Below, in pieces: positions 25,771-38,300 of a stretch of DNA of 64,000 bases. The stretch's first letter is position 1; every line of letters begins with the position of its first letter. The notes under the pieces are model-generated. The model made no database searches. It worked only from the letters and a program-made list of their open reading frames with translations, and had not been told where the DNA came from. The DNA comes from Amoebophrya sp. A120 (taxonomy: Eukaryota; Protista; Dinoflagellata): NCBI GenBank assembly GCA_905178155.1, contig CAJINV010000005.1, positions 9,150,874 to 9,214,873 of the forward strand. Reading direction: 5' to 3'. The translations under genes were made by a program, and so were the position numbers.

Positions 25771-28700
25771 ATGGAGCAGCTCGTCGGGGATCTCGACCTG
25801 CGATTTGTCTTCGTCGGCGGCAAGGGCGGCGTCGGGAAAACAACCTCCTCCGCGTCTTTAGCGACCTGCTTTTCCCAGAGAAGTAGATATAACCGGGTTT
25901 TACTGATCAGTACCGATCCGGCACACAGCCTCGGGGATGCGTTCCAACGGGAGTTTCCGAAGGGACAGCCGACCGCGGTGTCACCGACATTGGATGTGTT
26001 GGAGGTAGATCCGGAAGCGACGCTGGAGGAGGAGGTAAGTATAGATTTTCATAGGTTTCTTGTACATTGGATGTTGCAGCTAAACCAGCATTATAAATTC
26101 GCTTTGCCATGCGCAACTCCGCATTCGAAATGTATTTACACATCATCATCTGTACTTATCACGAAGCTGCAAGAATGGACGAAGCTGATGGAAGAGGGCG
26201 GCATGGCGGATGCGGGTGCGTTATGCGTTGCAAGTATGTCTGGGTCTGGAAGATCGCAACTTGTCATGCTAAATCCGAATCATGCAAAAATCTGTGTTGC
26301 ATGAGTCCCAAAAGCTGCTTACTTTCGACCGAGTTGGGAGGGAGTTTCTTATGCAGGATAGGCATGGCAGAGACCTCACAGAGTCTACTGTCACGCTAGG
26401 TCCCGCATTCCAGACCGTATGGGTCATGCCAGAAAAGCATGACAAACTTGCATTCTTCCAGACCCAGACATTTTTGCAGTTGATATGCGTCGATGGGGGA
26501 GTTCCAAGACTGGTTGAGACAAATACCGGGGATCGACGAGGCGACCGCGATATCAAACGTGATAAACTTCATCGAGGAAGACAAATACGACTTGGTGGTC
26601 TTTGACACTGCGCCAACCGGACACACGTTGAAGCTGCTGCAGCTACCGAAGGTATTTCTGATACGCATAATTTGTAATGCGAAAACACGTCGCAACGGGC
26701 TACTTGTGCGCTTGTCATGGAAAGCCGACAATTTTCTCATTTTGAAGCCGAGCCAAACACTAAAATTCAGATCCTCTCCCAAGGCATGGAAAAGCTCCAA
26801 TCTTGGTCAACCACCCTCTGGACGTATATGTCAACCGTCGTCGGCACGTCTTCAAGTAACAACTCCAACCCCGTGGATGCGAAGCACGCGATGGAGACAA
26901 GACTGAAAGAGTACAAGCGGTCCATGGACAAAGTTTCCCTGATGCTCAAAGACCACTACCGGACGCAGTTCGTCATCGTCTGCATCGCGGAATATTTGTC
27001 CGTGATGGAGTCTAAACGCTTGATGTCGGAGCTGAAGAAAAACAGCATAAAATCCGGGTTTGTGATCTGCAACCAACTTCTCCCCGTGCTGGAAATAACC
27101 GATCAAGAGGAACAACAGCTTCTCCACCCAGCAACTCTCGGCAGCACGGCCAACTTCGCCGGGAATACAACTAACCATGATACTGATACGTCGGGGAACA
27201 AAGTGTCCGTTTTGGATACGAATACCAGCTGGAACGTCGACCACAGTGCGATAAATTCTAACTTCACCTTCGCAGGACCACCGAACGGAGGTTCGACTGG
27301 TTCCCCGCAATTGCTGCCGATGGATGTGGAGGGAAATAATAGCAATGCAGCTCAGCAGCAGCATCTTCCATTTGCAGCTGCATCCGTCGCGGCGCAACAG
27401 CAGCAGCATTTACTGCGAGGAGGACAACAGCAGCAGCAGCCCTTAGCGCCGCATAACAGTCCGCCCATGAACGGGCAACAGCAGCAGCACAACTACTTAC
27501 AAAGCAGCTACACGGAGCTCGCAAGCGTAGAAATACCAGCGCTGTCATCTTACGCCCCCCCGCATGACGGGAGGACGACTACAATGACGTACCCCGCGAG
27601 TATGAGTTCCGATCGACCAGCGCATCCAATTTCCGGAACAATACCCGCTGCAGTCATGCCTTCTGCGGGGCAAAAGGCGCTGAAATTACTGCAATCGAGG
27701 AACCGAATTCAGATGAAGTACCTGGAGTTGCTGAAGCAAGTAGAAGGAGTGCAGCACGTGATAGAGATGGAGCTGCAGGAACGGGAGGTCACCGGGCTTG
27801 AGTCTTTGAAAAGATTCGCCTACGACATGCTGATGGGAGGGAGCAGGAATAGGAAGGGGAGAACTTCGTCTCTGTCCCAGCAAATGTGTTCGGCGCACAA
27901 CAATCTACACTGCGACGAAAAGCAACAACATTCTGCGGTATACAACAATCCCTCCGCCACACCCGGACAAGTAAATCAGGCGTCACACAACGCGGCGAAA
28001 AAGCTGCACTGCTATTCGAGACTACGGGAGGAGCGGAGAATAGTTTACCCAGAACTGATGGAGCAGGATGACGAGGTGTTTCCGGTGGGATTGTCCGTGG
28101 AGATCTTCGGACTCGCCAAAACGCCGCAGTATAACGGCGTAATAGGAACCGTGAAGAGCTACGACGCACAGACGATGAGGTATAATTTGGTAGATTTGAT
28201 GGTGGTATGCATTGCAAATATGTCTGGGTCTGGAAACTTGTGATGCAAGAAAGGGAATAGTGAGCACACTGTAATGCGCTCCCCAGCATGACAAGTTTTT
28301 CCGTGGTTCAGAGATGCGTGTCCCGCATGAGAAACTGCGTTTCTGCATGCCAAACAAGAGGATCTCTTCGCGGTCACGCAATACAGAGTTCAGAGTTATG
28401 CCAGACTAGCATGACAAGTCTCGCAATCTCCCAGACCCAGACATTTTTGCAATTCATAGGTGGGGTTCTTATCCTTTGTAATACGGAACCTTTTTCTTGC
28501 CGGTTTTGGTCTTGCTCTACGGAAAAAGACAGATGCAATTTCTAAGCGCGTTTAGGTGTCTGACACTGCCATGAATTGCACCTGGAGGGAAAAGTGCAAC
28601 TTTGCGCTTTCGCAAACGGAACCAGGAGCAGACTCTTGCTCGTCAGGACCTTTTCCTGTCGGCTTTTTGCCCTCATCCGGGGTATAGGGCACAGGCAATG

Positions 28701-30229
28701 TTAGCTCGTGTTTAGGTGTCTGACACTGCCATGATTTGCACCTGGAGGGAAAAGTGCAACTTTGCGCTTTTGCAAAAGGAACCAGGAGCAGACTCTTGCC
28801 CAGCAGGATCTTATCTTGCCGACTTTTTGCCCTCAACTAGGGTATGGGGCACAGGCAATTTTAGCTCGTGTTTAGGTGTCTGACACTGCAATGATTTGTG
28901 CCCGGGGGAAATGGAGCTACATTTTGTGTTTGCACCAAGAAACAGGAGCGGGCGCTTGCTCAGCAGGATCTTGGCTTGCCGATTTTTTGCCCTCATCCGG
29001 GGTATGGGGCACAGGCAATTTTAGGTCGTGTTTAGTTGTCTGACACTACCATAATTTGTGCTCGGGAGAAATGGAGTAACTTTTCGTTTTCGCACCAAGA
29101 ATCAGGAGCGGGCTCTTGCTTAGCAAGATCTCTTTTTGCCATCTTTTTGCTCTCAGCTAGGGTATAGGGCACAGGCAATTTTAGATCGTGTTTAGGTGTC
29201 TGACACTTCCATGATTTGTGCCCGGGGAAAAGCGGGGCACTTTTTGTTTGCGCACCAAGAAGTAGGGGCGGGATCTTGCTTTGCCGGATCTTTTTTGCCG
29301 GCTTTTTGCCCTCAACTAGGGTATGGAACACAGGCAATGTTAGGTCGTGTTTAGGTGTCTGACACTTCCATGATTTGTGTTCGGGGGAAAAGGGGGCACT
29401 TTTTGTTTGCGCGCCAAGAACCAAGGGCTGTCTCTTGCTTAGGTGGGTCTTTTCCCGCCGACTTTTTTCTATCAGCTAGGGCATAGGGCACAGGCAATTT
29501 TAGGTCGTCTTTAGGTGTCTGACACTGCCACGATTTGTGCCCGGGGGAAAAGCAGCTACTTTTTGTTTTCGTACCAAGAAACAGGAGCGGGCGCTTGGTC
29601 AACAGGATCTTTTCTTGCCGGCTTTTTTCCCCCCACTGGGCAGACGGCACAGGCTATTTTAGGCCGTGTTTAGATGTCTGACACTATCGCAATATGTGCC
29701 CGGGGAAAAAGCGAGCCACTTTTTGTTTTCGCAGCAAGAACCAGGGGCGGGCTCTTCATTAGTAGGATCTTTTCTTGCCGGCTTTTTGCGCTCGGGTTGG
29801 ATACAGGGCACTTCGCGTTTTAGGTCGTGTTTAGGTGTCTGACACGGACATGTTATGATCCGCACTCGGCGAGAAACAAAATTGTTATAAAATCCTAAAA
29901 TCTGAACCAACGACAACTAAATCTTCAGGTACGGCGTCTTTGTCGAGCACCTTCCGACGCAGCTGAACGTGAAAAAGCTGCTCGCCCTGAAACCCAGTAA
30001 CCTCCGCCACGCGGCAAATTCTAAATTTTTCGGCAACTCCGCACTCGATCCTGAGGTTGACACGTGGATGCAGAATCCGAAAATTTGGAACGCGTTCATG
30101 GAGTGTAAAAAGGACCCGCTGCGGATCAAGTACTATTTAGAAAACGACCCGGAGCTCAGCGGCATTTTGAGTAGCATGGCGCGGAAGATTTCCGTCCACC
30201 AAAAGGCCTGCGCGCCGGTGGCTGGTTGA
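25771..30229 (+). CDS. GET3: Get3/ASNA1 (ArsA-family) ATPase with a Q-rich insertion and C-terminal SH3-like and STI1-like domains
   Basis: [69 protein letters not shown] introns 26035-26166, 26652-26770 and 28180-29928; TIR intron 26222-26485. Confidence 0.9.
26222..26485. mobile_element. Introner-like element, family A
   Basis: Family A TIRs; repeat TGCGT/TGCGT. Confidence 0.92.
28206..28458. mobile_element. Introner-like element, family A, nested in a GT-AG intron
   Basis: Family A TIRs; repeat GGTGG/GGTGG; starts 26 nt after the predicted donor at 28180. Confidence 0.9.
28545..29847. repeat. Intronic tandem array, about 160-bp unit, 8 diverged copies
   Basis: TTTAGGTGTCTGACAC (or a one-base variant) at 28551, 28711, 28871, 29031, 29191, 29350, 29510, 29669 and 29830. 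Confidence 0.95.
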
Positions 30230-30911
30230 AGAAGGTGGTCGCTTGTGGCGGTTTAGGAGGATGGAGTTTTCATTTATTCAGGACCGCTTATTACCTAGTA
30301 ATAGCACGCGTACTTTTCTAAAAGTCAATTGTTATTTTTCTACGCGCAAATTGTTGTAGACTTTCTTTCCCAATCTTTTTGTCAATTTAAAACAACACGC
30401 CATGATCCATTGAATACGCATGTGTTGTTGCGTCGCGACTTTTCAAATCCAATTTTCTAATCTTTTTGCAAATGCAGAGATGTTGTGAGCATATTTGATA
30501 CAATGCGGGGCACCGGATAACGGTGCCGCTTTCCAAGAAAAGAGGTGTAAAAAGAAAGAAAGATCTGAAAAAGCAAAAAGCTGCTCAGTATTATCAACGA
30601 GCAGAAGAAATTTAAATTCTTCTCTGAGTATGTAGTACTTGTTTCGTTCTGGCGTCCTTTACATTTTAGGAGATCCACCTTGTTTTGCTTTCGCGTTCCA
30701 GAATATCTTCTTGCTTTCGGTTAAGTATGGGGACGATCAGCTTTATGTGTTTTAGATCCAGAGATCAGGGGAGGTGTAGCCTTCTTTTGGCAAACATATC
30801 TAAAACTCCGTTCCTTCTTTCTAGAGGGCACCAGAGGGACAAGGCACAGACCAAGAGCGAGATTCCGTTAAGGACAAGCGATTTAAATCGGTTGAAAGAC
30901 CACAAAAAAAA

Positions 30912-32608
30912 ATGCGTGTCACCCCCATCTCGGCCTCCGTGCTGTTGCTGCCGGCCCTCACTGAGGCCACAAAGCTGTCGCTTTTCAAGAGACTAAAGAA
31001 CGAGCCAGAGCTATCCTATATAAAAACGTCCCCGCCCCATAGTCAAGATGATCAACCGGCTAGACAAATCCACGAGTTTTGGTTGTTTCGCATGACAAAT
31101 TTCGACTCGTGGTGTAGTGCTGTCTGAGCTAGTTCAGCAGCATCACAGATCTAGTATGTCACGCTGATTGGAGCATGACAAATCCCAAAACACGACTAGA
31201 AAATGCATCGCATGGGGCTCCGCATGAGAAACATTCTCAGCATGCAGATTTGCATTACAGCTATGGCGTGGGGACGTTTTTCAATACGATAGGAGCCGTG
31301 GGCCTGCTACATGAGCGGTGCGAAGAAGGCCTACATGGGTACGGTGCAGTATCGCAAGAGAAAACTGCTTCACTGTGAAATTGTGATGCATAAAATTCAG
31401 CACAAAGCTATTTGTCTTGCTACACTTCTGTAAGATGTCGCATTTTTGAGAGCGCTTTCTTTCATCCCTTGGGAAGCGCGCATGGCAAATTTTCTGTGTC
31501 ATGTTTTATCCCAATACTTGTGATGCAATTCTTGCAAAATCGTCACAGTAAAAAAGTTTTTTAGTGGGATATGCAGGTCGCAACGAGTGGTCAGAAGTGC
31601 ATGCAGTGGTCGGATGCGGCGAACGATGACAAGATCGCGACATTTAAGCAGGACGTAAGTTTAGTTGATTTAGATAATTTTCGGAAATTCATTTTGCTGT
31701 ACATCACTGATTTAAAATTGAAGTTGAGTCTCTCGGATTTGGATATTAGATGCGTATAGCACCGTCGTTGCAGATCATCCAATAGTGGTGTTTGTTGCTT
31801 GTACCATGTTGAGAGACGCAAATTTCACCACACTGAAAAAACTAAAAAACAGACCCGCGATGAGCCGGCCGGCACCAAGCTGGAGGGTAACTTCTGCCGC
31901 AGCTTTTCTAAAGACGAGCTCCCCTGGTGCTACACCCTGCCGTACCCAGTGCACAGAGTACATCTGGGTCGTGTGGAAATTTGTGTTGCTGATGCTCGTA
32001 TTGGAGGATAGGGGTTTGTACGGCATAACAGCACTAGAAATTATTTTGCGAGGCTCATGACTGCCGATTCATTCGTAACACGCATGACAAAGACATACTC
32101 CCTTGTAGCATGACAAAAATCTGCCTGATCGTTGTCATGCATTACAGATCTTGCTGTATAATTTCAGACCTTGCAGCACAGACCCAGACATATTTGCAAT
32201 GCATATGCCGGACGGCAAGAAGGTCGAGTGCAACGTGCCGGAGTGCCCAACCGATGGTCCGATATGGAGATGGAAAGCTTTTCTGCATGACAAAAGGAGT
32301 CTGTATTGCATGACAATCTAAATCGTACATAGTTATGAAGATGGTGACAGTTGTGATGCTGTATATTTATAATTGCATGGCTTACTCTTACTGCATGTGA
32401 AATTTGTCATGCTCAAAAGTTTTCCATTCCAAACTTTTGGGCCAAGGACTACAACACCGACGAGGTCCAGTCCCCCATCAAGTGCACGGACAAAGATGGC
32501 GCCCCCACCAAGGACTGCGACTGCTCCTGCAACGGCGTCAAGGGCATGAAGAACTCTTTCGTCCAGACCAAGAACGGGCGAGAGGAACGAATCTGCCACT
32601 GCCCGTAA
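30912..32608 (+). CDS. Small secreted kringle-domain protein with a Cys-rich tail
   Basis: Signal-like MRVTPISASVLLLPALTEA; CYMSGAKKAYMGTVQVATSGQKCMQW...GNFCRSFSKDELPWCYT...VECNVPEC (kringle Cys pattern); GT-AG intron 31655-31852; four TIR introns. Confidence 0.82.
31012..31291. mobile_element. Introner-like element, family D
   Basis: Family D TIRs; flanks AGAGC/GGAGC. Confidence 0.9.
31350..31571. mobile_element. Introner-like element, family C
   Basis: Family C TIRs; repeat TGCAG/TGCAG. Confidence 0.9.
31943..32205. mobile_element. Introner-like element, divergent family A
   Basis: Left end degenerate (TACCCAGTGCAC..TCTGGGTC); right end GACCCAGACATATTTGCAATGCATA; repeat TGCCG/TGCCG. Confidence 0.85.
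32261..32436. mobile_element. Atypical inverted-repeat intron (family K), boundaries uncertain
   Basis: GGAGATGGAAAGCTTTTCTGCATGACAAA / TTTGTCATGCTCAAAAGTTTTCCATTCC; interrupts DGP..WAKDY; no clean ATA end or 5-bp repeat. Confidence 0.65.
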
Positions 32609-33802
32609 GGAAAATGACGGAGGAACTAAATCTGTAACACGCGTTTCTAAAGAAGCCAGCGTACTACAACTCAGCGTAAGCTTGTCGTAGAGCTGCAACC
32701 CGCTTCCCAGATTTAGAATTCAAGTTTTACAGCACCATTCGTAGAATTCAATGTTTCTTGTGCTTCTAAATCTAAACCAGTGCTGTACTATTGACACTCA
32801 GGATAAAAGATACACTCTTTTTCTTTTCCGAACTTGAGAGGGTTGAATTCTACCGAGGAATTTCTGCTTCGGAACAGACGGCCACGGCTGTAGAACAAGT
32901 GTACACAAATGTAAAGAGGTACACACTTTGAGCTGTTCCAAAGCGAGGTGATTGGGATGATTGTTGAGGTTGTGGGGCGCAAGGTAGTGATCCTAAGATC
33001 TGTGGTGATGGTTGAGGTTACGACGATCTTTGGACGATCGATGAAGTTGTGACGATCTTGTGGTTTGGATGATCAATGAGGTTGTGACGATCTTTAGCCC
33101 CACTGTAGAAGTTGACGACAGGAAAAGATCTTCATCTGAGATCATGTACTTAGGTATCATGAGGCGATCATCAACAGGCCAAATTACGTGGCCAGGTCTA
33201 ACCATACGAGTGTTTTGTTGTCCACTTACAAGTTCAGTTGCACTTCCACACGGTTGAGAAAGATCTACCGAAAGCAAGACGGGCACAAGCTTGAAGTGAG
33301 CTGTTGCGGAGCCAAGTCTCACACTACACTACTGAGCTTTAGGCAGGTACAGACTCAGCTAGCAGCCACACACAATTCTTCCGCTGTGGCTTACGTGGAC
33401 GGAGCACGCTGGTCCTATACAGCTAGTAAGAGCAGCTTCTACAGGGACGAAAGAGCACAGGAGTAGGCCGCAGGACAATCTAAAAGACTTAGAGAGTCGA
33501 GCAGATTACAGTAATCATCTCGACGTGGCGGGTATCGTGCCTGTACAAACCAGTCGAATTACGCAAGCGCCACACTGGGTGACTGTAGCCATTGTTGCTC
33601 GATAGCAAGAAAGTCCGCTTCTCGGTTTTGCGCTAGTTTTACGAGACTACCTGAGTGATTATCAGATACGAAGGGAAGTTGTACGTAGTGCCTGAGCGCA
33701 GGTGATATACATATCTTCGTATCACAAATCGATAATCACGTGCGCGCCTCCCTCCCGGAGCCTCCTTGTTCTCGCAGCAGCACAAGGCCAGACTTCTACG
33801 AG

Positions 33803-34540
33803 ATGCGGGCCCTCTTGAAGAAGCTCCTGCTGCCGGTCATCCTTGCGATGCTCCACGAGCAGGTGCCAGGCGTGTGTGCGACTACACCGATCACGTTTAT
33901 CGCTAGCGGCATTCTTTTTGGTTTGCCACCTGAAAGGAGGGAACAGACCTTCGATTACGAAACTGCCACCATGAGGGAGGTTCACCTCTGGATCACGGGG
34001 GAAATCGAGCAGCAATGCAACCTATGCATGGCAAATATGTCTGGGCTTGGAACAAGGATGCAACTTGTGACGGTCGTGGTCCTCCCTTTAGACTCTACAT
34101 AAAATATGTTTTGCATGAAGAGCAAGACGAGAGATCCAGCGTTCGCGACGTGGAGAGGGAATTGCTCATGCGGTACGAGCATCAGAGTGCCCGCATGGAA
34201 TCTGTCATGCTAGGGCATGTATGACAGATAAGACATCATAGGCCGTGGGAAATTTGCATGGCAAGTCTCGCAAGTATTCAGACCCAGACATATTTGTATT
34301 TGGTACGCCTGGGTCCTGCGCCGCTGCAACAAGGTATTTTTGCGGGTGACAATCCGCGGACTGCCGTTCTTGTTCGATCCATACACTAGTGGAGCTAACG
34401 CCGAATCTCTTGGCCCCAGGAACAGAATAACCGACCTGAGTCTGACCATAAAGCAGCACATGGAGAGGGACATGCGTCTAGAACCGGTCGTCAAGAATTT
34501 CAACAGGGGAAGGAATCTTCCTCCTCTCATCGTGTATTGA
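33803..34540 (+). CDS. Possible small hypothetical protein
   Basis: ORFs 33740 and 34340 share a frame once element 34023-34305 plus 5 nt (288 nt) is removed; no recognisable domain. Confidence 0.4.
34023..34305. mobile_element. Introner-like element, family A, eroded
   Basis: TATGCATGGCAAATATGTCTGGG...CAGACCCAGACATATTTGTATTTGGTA; flanks CAACC/CGCCT are degenerate. Confidence 0.82.
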
Positions 34541-35375
34541 TTTATTTTTCATTTCAGTAAGTAAGCATAGTAGATATAGTCGACTTTTTGCTTTTGCCAT
34601 CGCGCATGATATGCTTGTCATAGAAACAACATTCATACTTACATACTCTACAGCAACCTTGAGGAGCCCCACGGCGGAAGCTTGATGTGAACTTATTGGA
34701 AATAGCGAAACACGATGGCCCGGGTGCGTTTTATTTGAGCGAGAACTTTTACAGATGAAGATCACATCGCTCGCATTGCCACAACGAAGTGCTGTTCACC
34801 GATTGAACGCACTTAATTCTACAGAATGATCATCGACCAAGATGTTGACGCAAGAGAAAAGATGTTTTTTTTCTGCGAGCCCTGCAACACAAATTTTTGC
34901 GTTCTTTGTGAACAGTTTAGCAGAATAGGAAATACTAAATGCAAATAGGTGCTATCAGCAGTCGAGTGTTCATCCTGTATCATAGATCTGTATCGTAGAT
35001 CATTCCGGTTTCCTCGTCAGTCGTGTGGTCGTTCGATCGTTCTCTTAACAAGTCGGTTGTGCTTCGAATGTTGATCGTCAAATCGTATTCGCGTTTTCGT
35101 TCTTCGGAGTTATGAGTGTCTGCAACTACTCGAGGGTCGTTCGCAAATTGATACTTCGGAGGAACGAGAGTTGTACTTGTCACCCTAATAAAGGCTTCGC
35201 TGTTTGAAGAATCTCGCTCTTCTGCTCGCGTGATGACATCTGCAGATGTGCAATAAATGAAGGCTCGATATTAGTTCACATGCGTAGAAGGAGCACGCAG
35301 TGGAAAGTTTTGGAAGGTTCTATGGTAACGCAACTGCCGTGAGGGGAAAAAATCGAGAGAAGCAAAGATCTAAAC

Positions 35376-38300
35376 ATGAGGATTCTAGATCAGCATTTGC
35401 AAGACCAGCTTTGGTCCTCCTACCAACGCTCCACCTCGTCATCTTCCTCGTCCTCGCGCCCATCTCGCATGACAAACGGCCACGCCGGGCCGAAAACCTC
35501 CTTCACCGACCAGCAGGACTTCGGTACTGCCCAACCCGCCGGTTTCTCCGAAATCAACGAACAGGCGCAACTCGATTTCTGGAATGGGGACGCCAAGCAA
35601 TTTGAAAAAGACGGGCTGCGTGCACAACTGTACGAGAACAACAATGGGACGACTGGCTCAACGAAGAAAAAGGGGATATTTGACAACATCACGGGCAATT
35701 TCAACGAGTCAAAATCTACTACAACTGGCGATAATTACACAACCAACAACCAAAAGATGAAGGATTACTTCGCCGGGTCGAAATCCAACGGTTTTTTCTC
35801 TTCCGGGAAAGCAGGGGCTTATAAGCCGAATATCAAATGCAAAAATGTCTGGGTCTGGAAGAATGCAACTTGTGATGCTGAGTTTGGATTTCCAAAAAAT
35901 CTGTATTGCATGAGCAGCAATAAAGAGAGCGTAATGCTTGCTACGCGGAGAGGGCCTTTGTCATGCGGAATAGGCATCAAGAAGCCCTCAAGAAATCTGT
36001 GACGCTAGAGGGTATGCATCACAGACATCATGGCTCATGCAAAATGTGCATGACAAGTCTCAGAATCTTCAACAGCCAGACCTTTTTGCACTTGATACGG
36101 AAAATCCAGGAACAAACGGGTCCGGATGTACTGGTAAAGGGAACGGAGATAGGAACGAGAACAGAAGGGGGGTTGCAGTTCACGTACAAAAACAACGACG
36201 CCTTGATGGATTTTCTCACTTCCTCCCCCGCGGATTTGGCAACAGATTCTGTGAAAGATCTTCAGAAATTCTTTCTCGATTTCGAAAACCAAGTGAACCA
36301 GAACATGAACCGGGACAAAATTTACCGGAATAAAATCGACATCGGGAAGATGGTGGGCGGCACTCTGATGGACCAAACCTCCGGGTTGACCCACAAAAAC
36401 CCTCGGCAGGCGATGATGAAGATGGTGACGGATCTAGGGCCGGACGTGATTAAGAAAACGAAGACAACGATGCGGTTTTACAAGGACTTCGGGTTTATCA
36501 ACTGCAAAAATGTCTGGGTCTGGAAGGTCACAACTTGTGATGCTGTCTGCGGATTCTAAAAAAATTTGTAGTGCATGACCAGCAATAGGGGTCGGGTTTG
36601 TCCTAAGGGGAGAGGGCATTTCTGATGCGGTAGAGGTATCGCAAAGCCTTCTAAGTTTCTGTGTTGCTACGGCATGTATCTCGGACATCGTGGCTCATGG
36701 AAAATATGCATGACAAATCTAGAAATCTTCCAGACCCAGACATTTTTGCAGTTGATAGGGTTGTACGCGGTGCAAAAAGTGGGAGAGGTCATCAACATGA
36801 TGTCGCCGGTCACGGTCACCACCGAACCAGCGCCGAACGACGACCAAGTCGCGGAGACGGACGTAATGGGGGAAAAAGCGCTGGATGAGGAGGAGCTGAA
36901 CGGGGTGAAGGTCCCGCCGGCGCCGGACGAAGTGCAGGCTTTGGATTATTACAAGGAAAAATCTTCCCTTTCCAATATACTGAAACGGAAATTTGTGTAG
37001 CATGATTTGTGAGCACAACTCGCGTTGTCATGCTAGAAGGGAAGAGATGCAAGATTGTAGTTCTGGCTGACGTAGTAAAGCCTTGCGTCTTCAGCATAAC
37101 AGGAAGCAACTGGAATTGGGAACAGCATGACAAATTGCCTGCAAACGAGGGAGCAACTGCGTCCATTGGTCTTTTAGCAATACAAATCGACTTGTTTACT
37201 CAAATACAGCAGCAGAAATGTCGTTTTCGGTATGGGGGGGGGATCTTTCCTCACAATATGGATGAGAACGGCAAGCCCTACACGATGAAGATCCCGAGTC
37301 CGCTAGACAACGACAGTCAAGTGAAGGTGGAGTTGAAGGGCGGCTTCAAAGACATCGCAGACGCTCTTTCTGGTCCGATGAAGAGAATCAAAGAAGAGTT
37401 GTATCCTGTGTAAAAACGTTTCCACGCCAGAGTTGCAATGCAAATCTGCACACCAAAAAAGTTTCTCATGTGGATCCCCATGAGATGAAGTATTTTCGAT
37501 TCGTGTTGTGGAATTTGTGATGCTAGAATCAGCTCGATGTGCTAGATCTGTGTTGCTGCTGAACTAGCTAAACAGGATCGCAATTATCTGAGGGCAAAAT
37601 TGTCATGCGAAACAACCAAGGCTGGTGGATTTTTCTAGCAGACTTCCCATCTTTACTATTAATTGGGTGGGGACGTTTTTACACAGGATAAGTTGCGATC
37701 CATGAAAGAAACCGCGGCGGACGGGTTGAAATACCTGTTAGGAGCTATCAAAAAGAAACATCCCCCCTCCCCATATCGAAAACGAAACTTGTGATTTGCT
37801 GTATTTGAGTACACAAATCGACTTGTATTGCTAGAAGGCCATCAAGAGACGCAGTAGCGGCCTTGATTGCAGGCGATCTGTCATGCTGTTTACCACTTCC
37901 AGCTGCCTCCTGTCATGCTGAAGATGCAAGGCCTTCCTGCGCCACCCAGCACTACAGTCCGCCTCTTTTGACTTCTAGCATGACAAAGGTGATTTGTGGC
38001 CACAAATCCGCATCACAGATATTTCCGTTTTCATATTATGGGGAGAAGGGGTTTTCTTTTTGATAGGAGCGGCGAAAGGGTGGATGATCCAGCCGGGCGC
38101 GCTGGCGGCCTGGCCCGCGTACTTCATGCTGTCTGCCTATCGGGCGTATGCGAAGCCGCGGACCCGGATGGCGGCCAGTTGGAAGTTATCAAATGCAAAT
38201 ATATCTGGGTCTGGAAGGGTGCAAGGTTTGTCATGCGCATTTTGCATGACTCCTGACGTCTGTGATGCATGCCCTAGCATCACAGATTTTGTGAGCGCTT

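Noticed and set aside
32990-33135. Short GACGATC/GATC repeats
   Set aside because: Degenerate low-complexity sequence with no constant period or clear boundaries.
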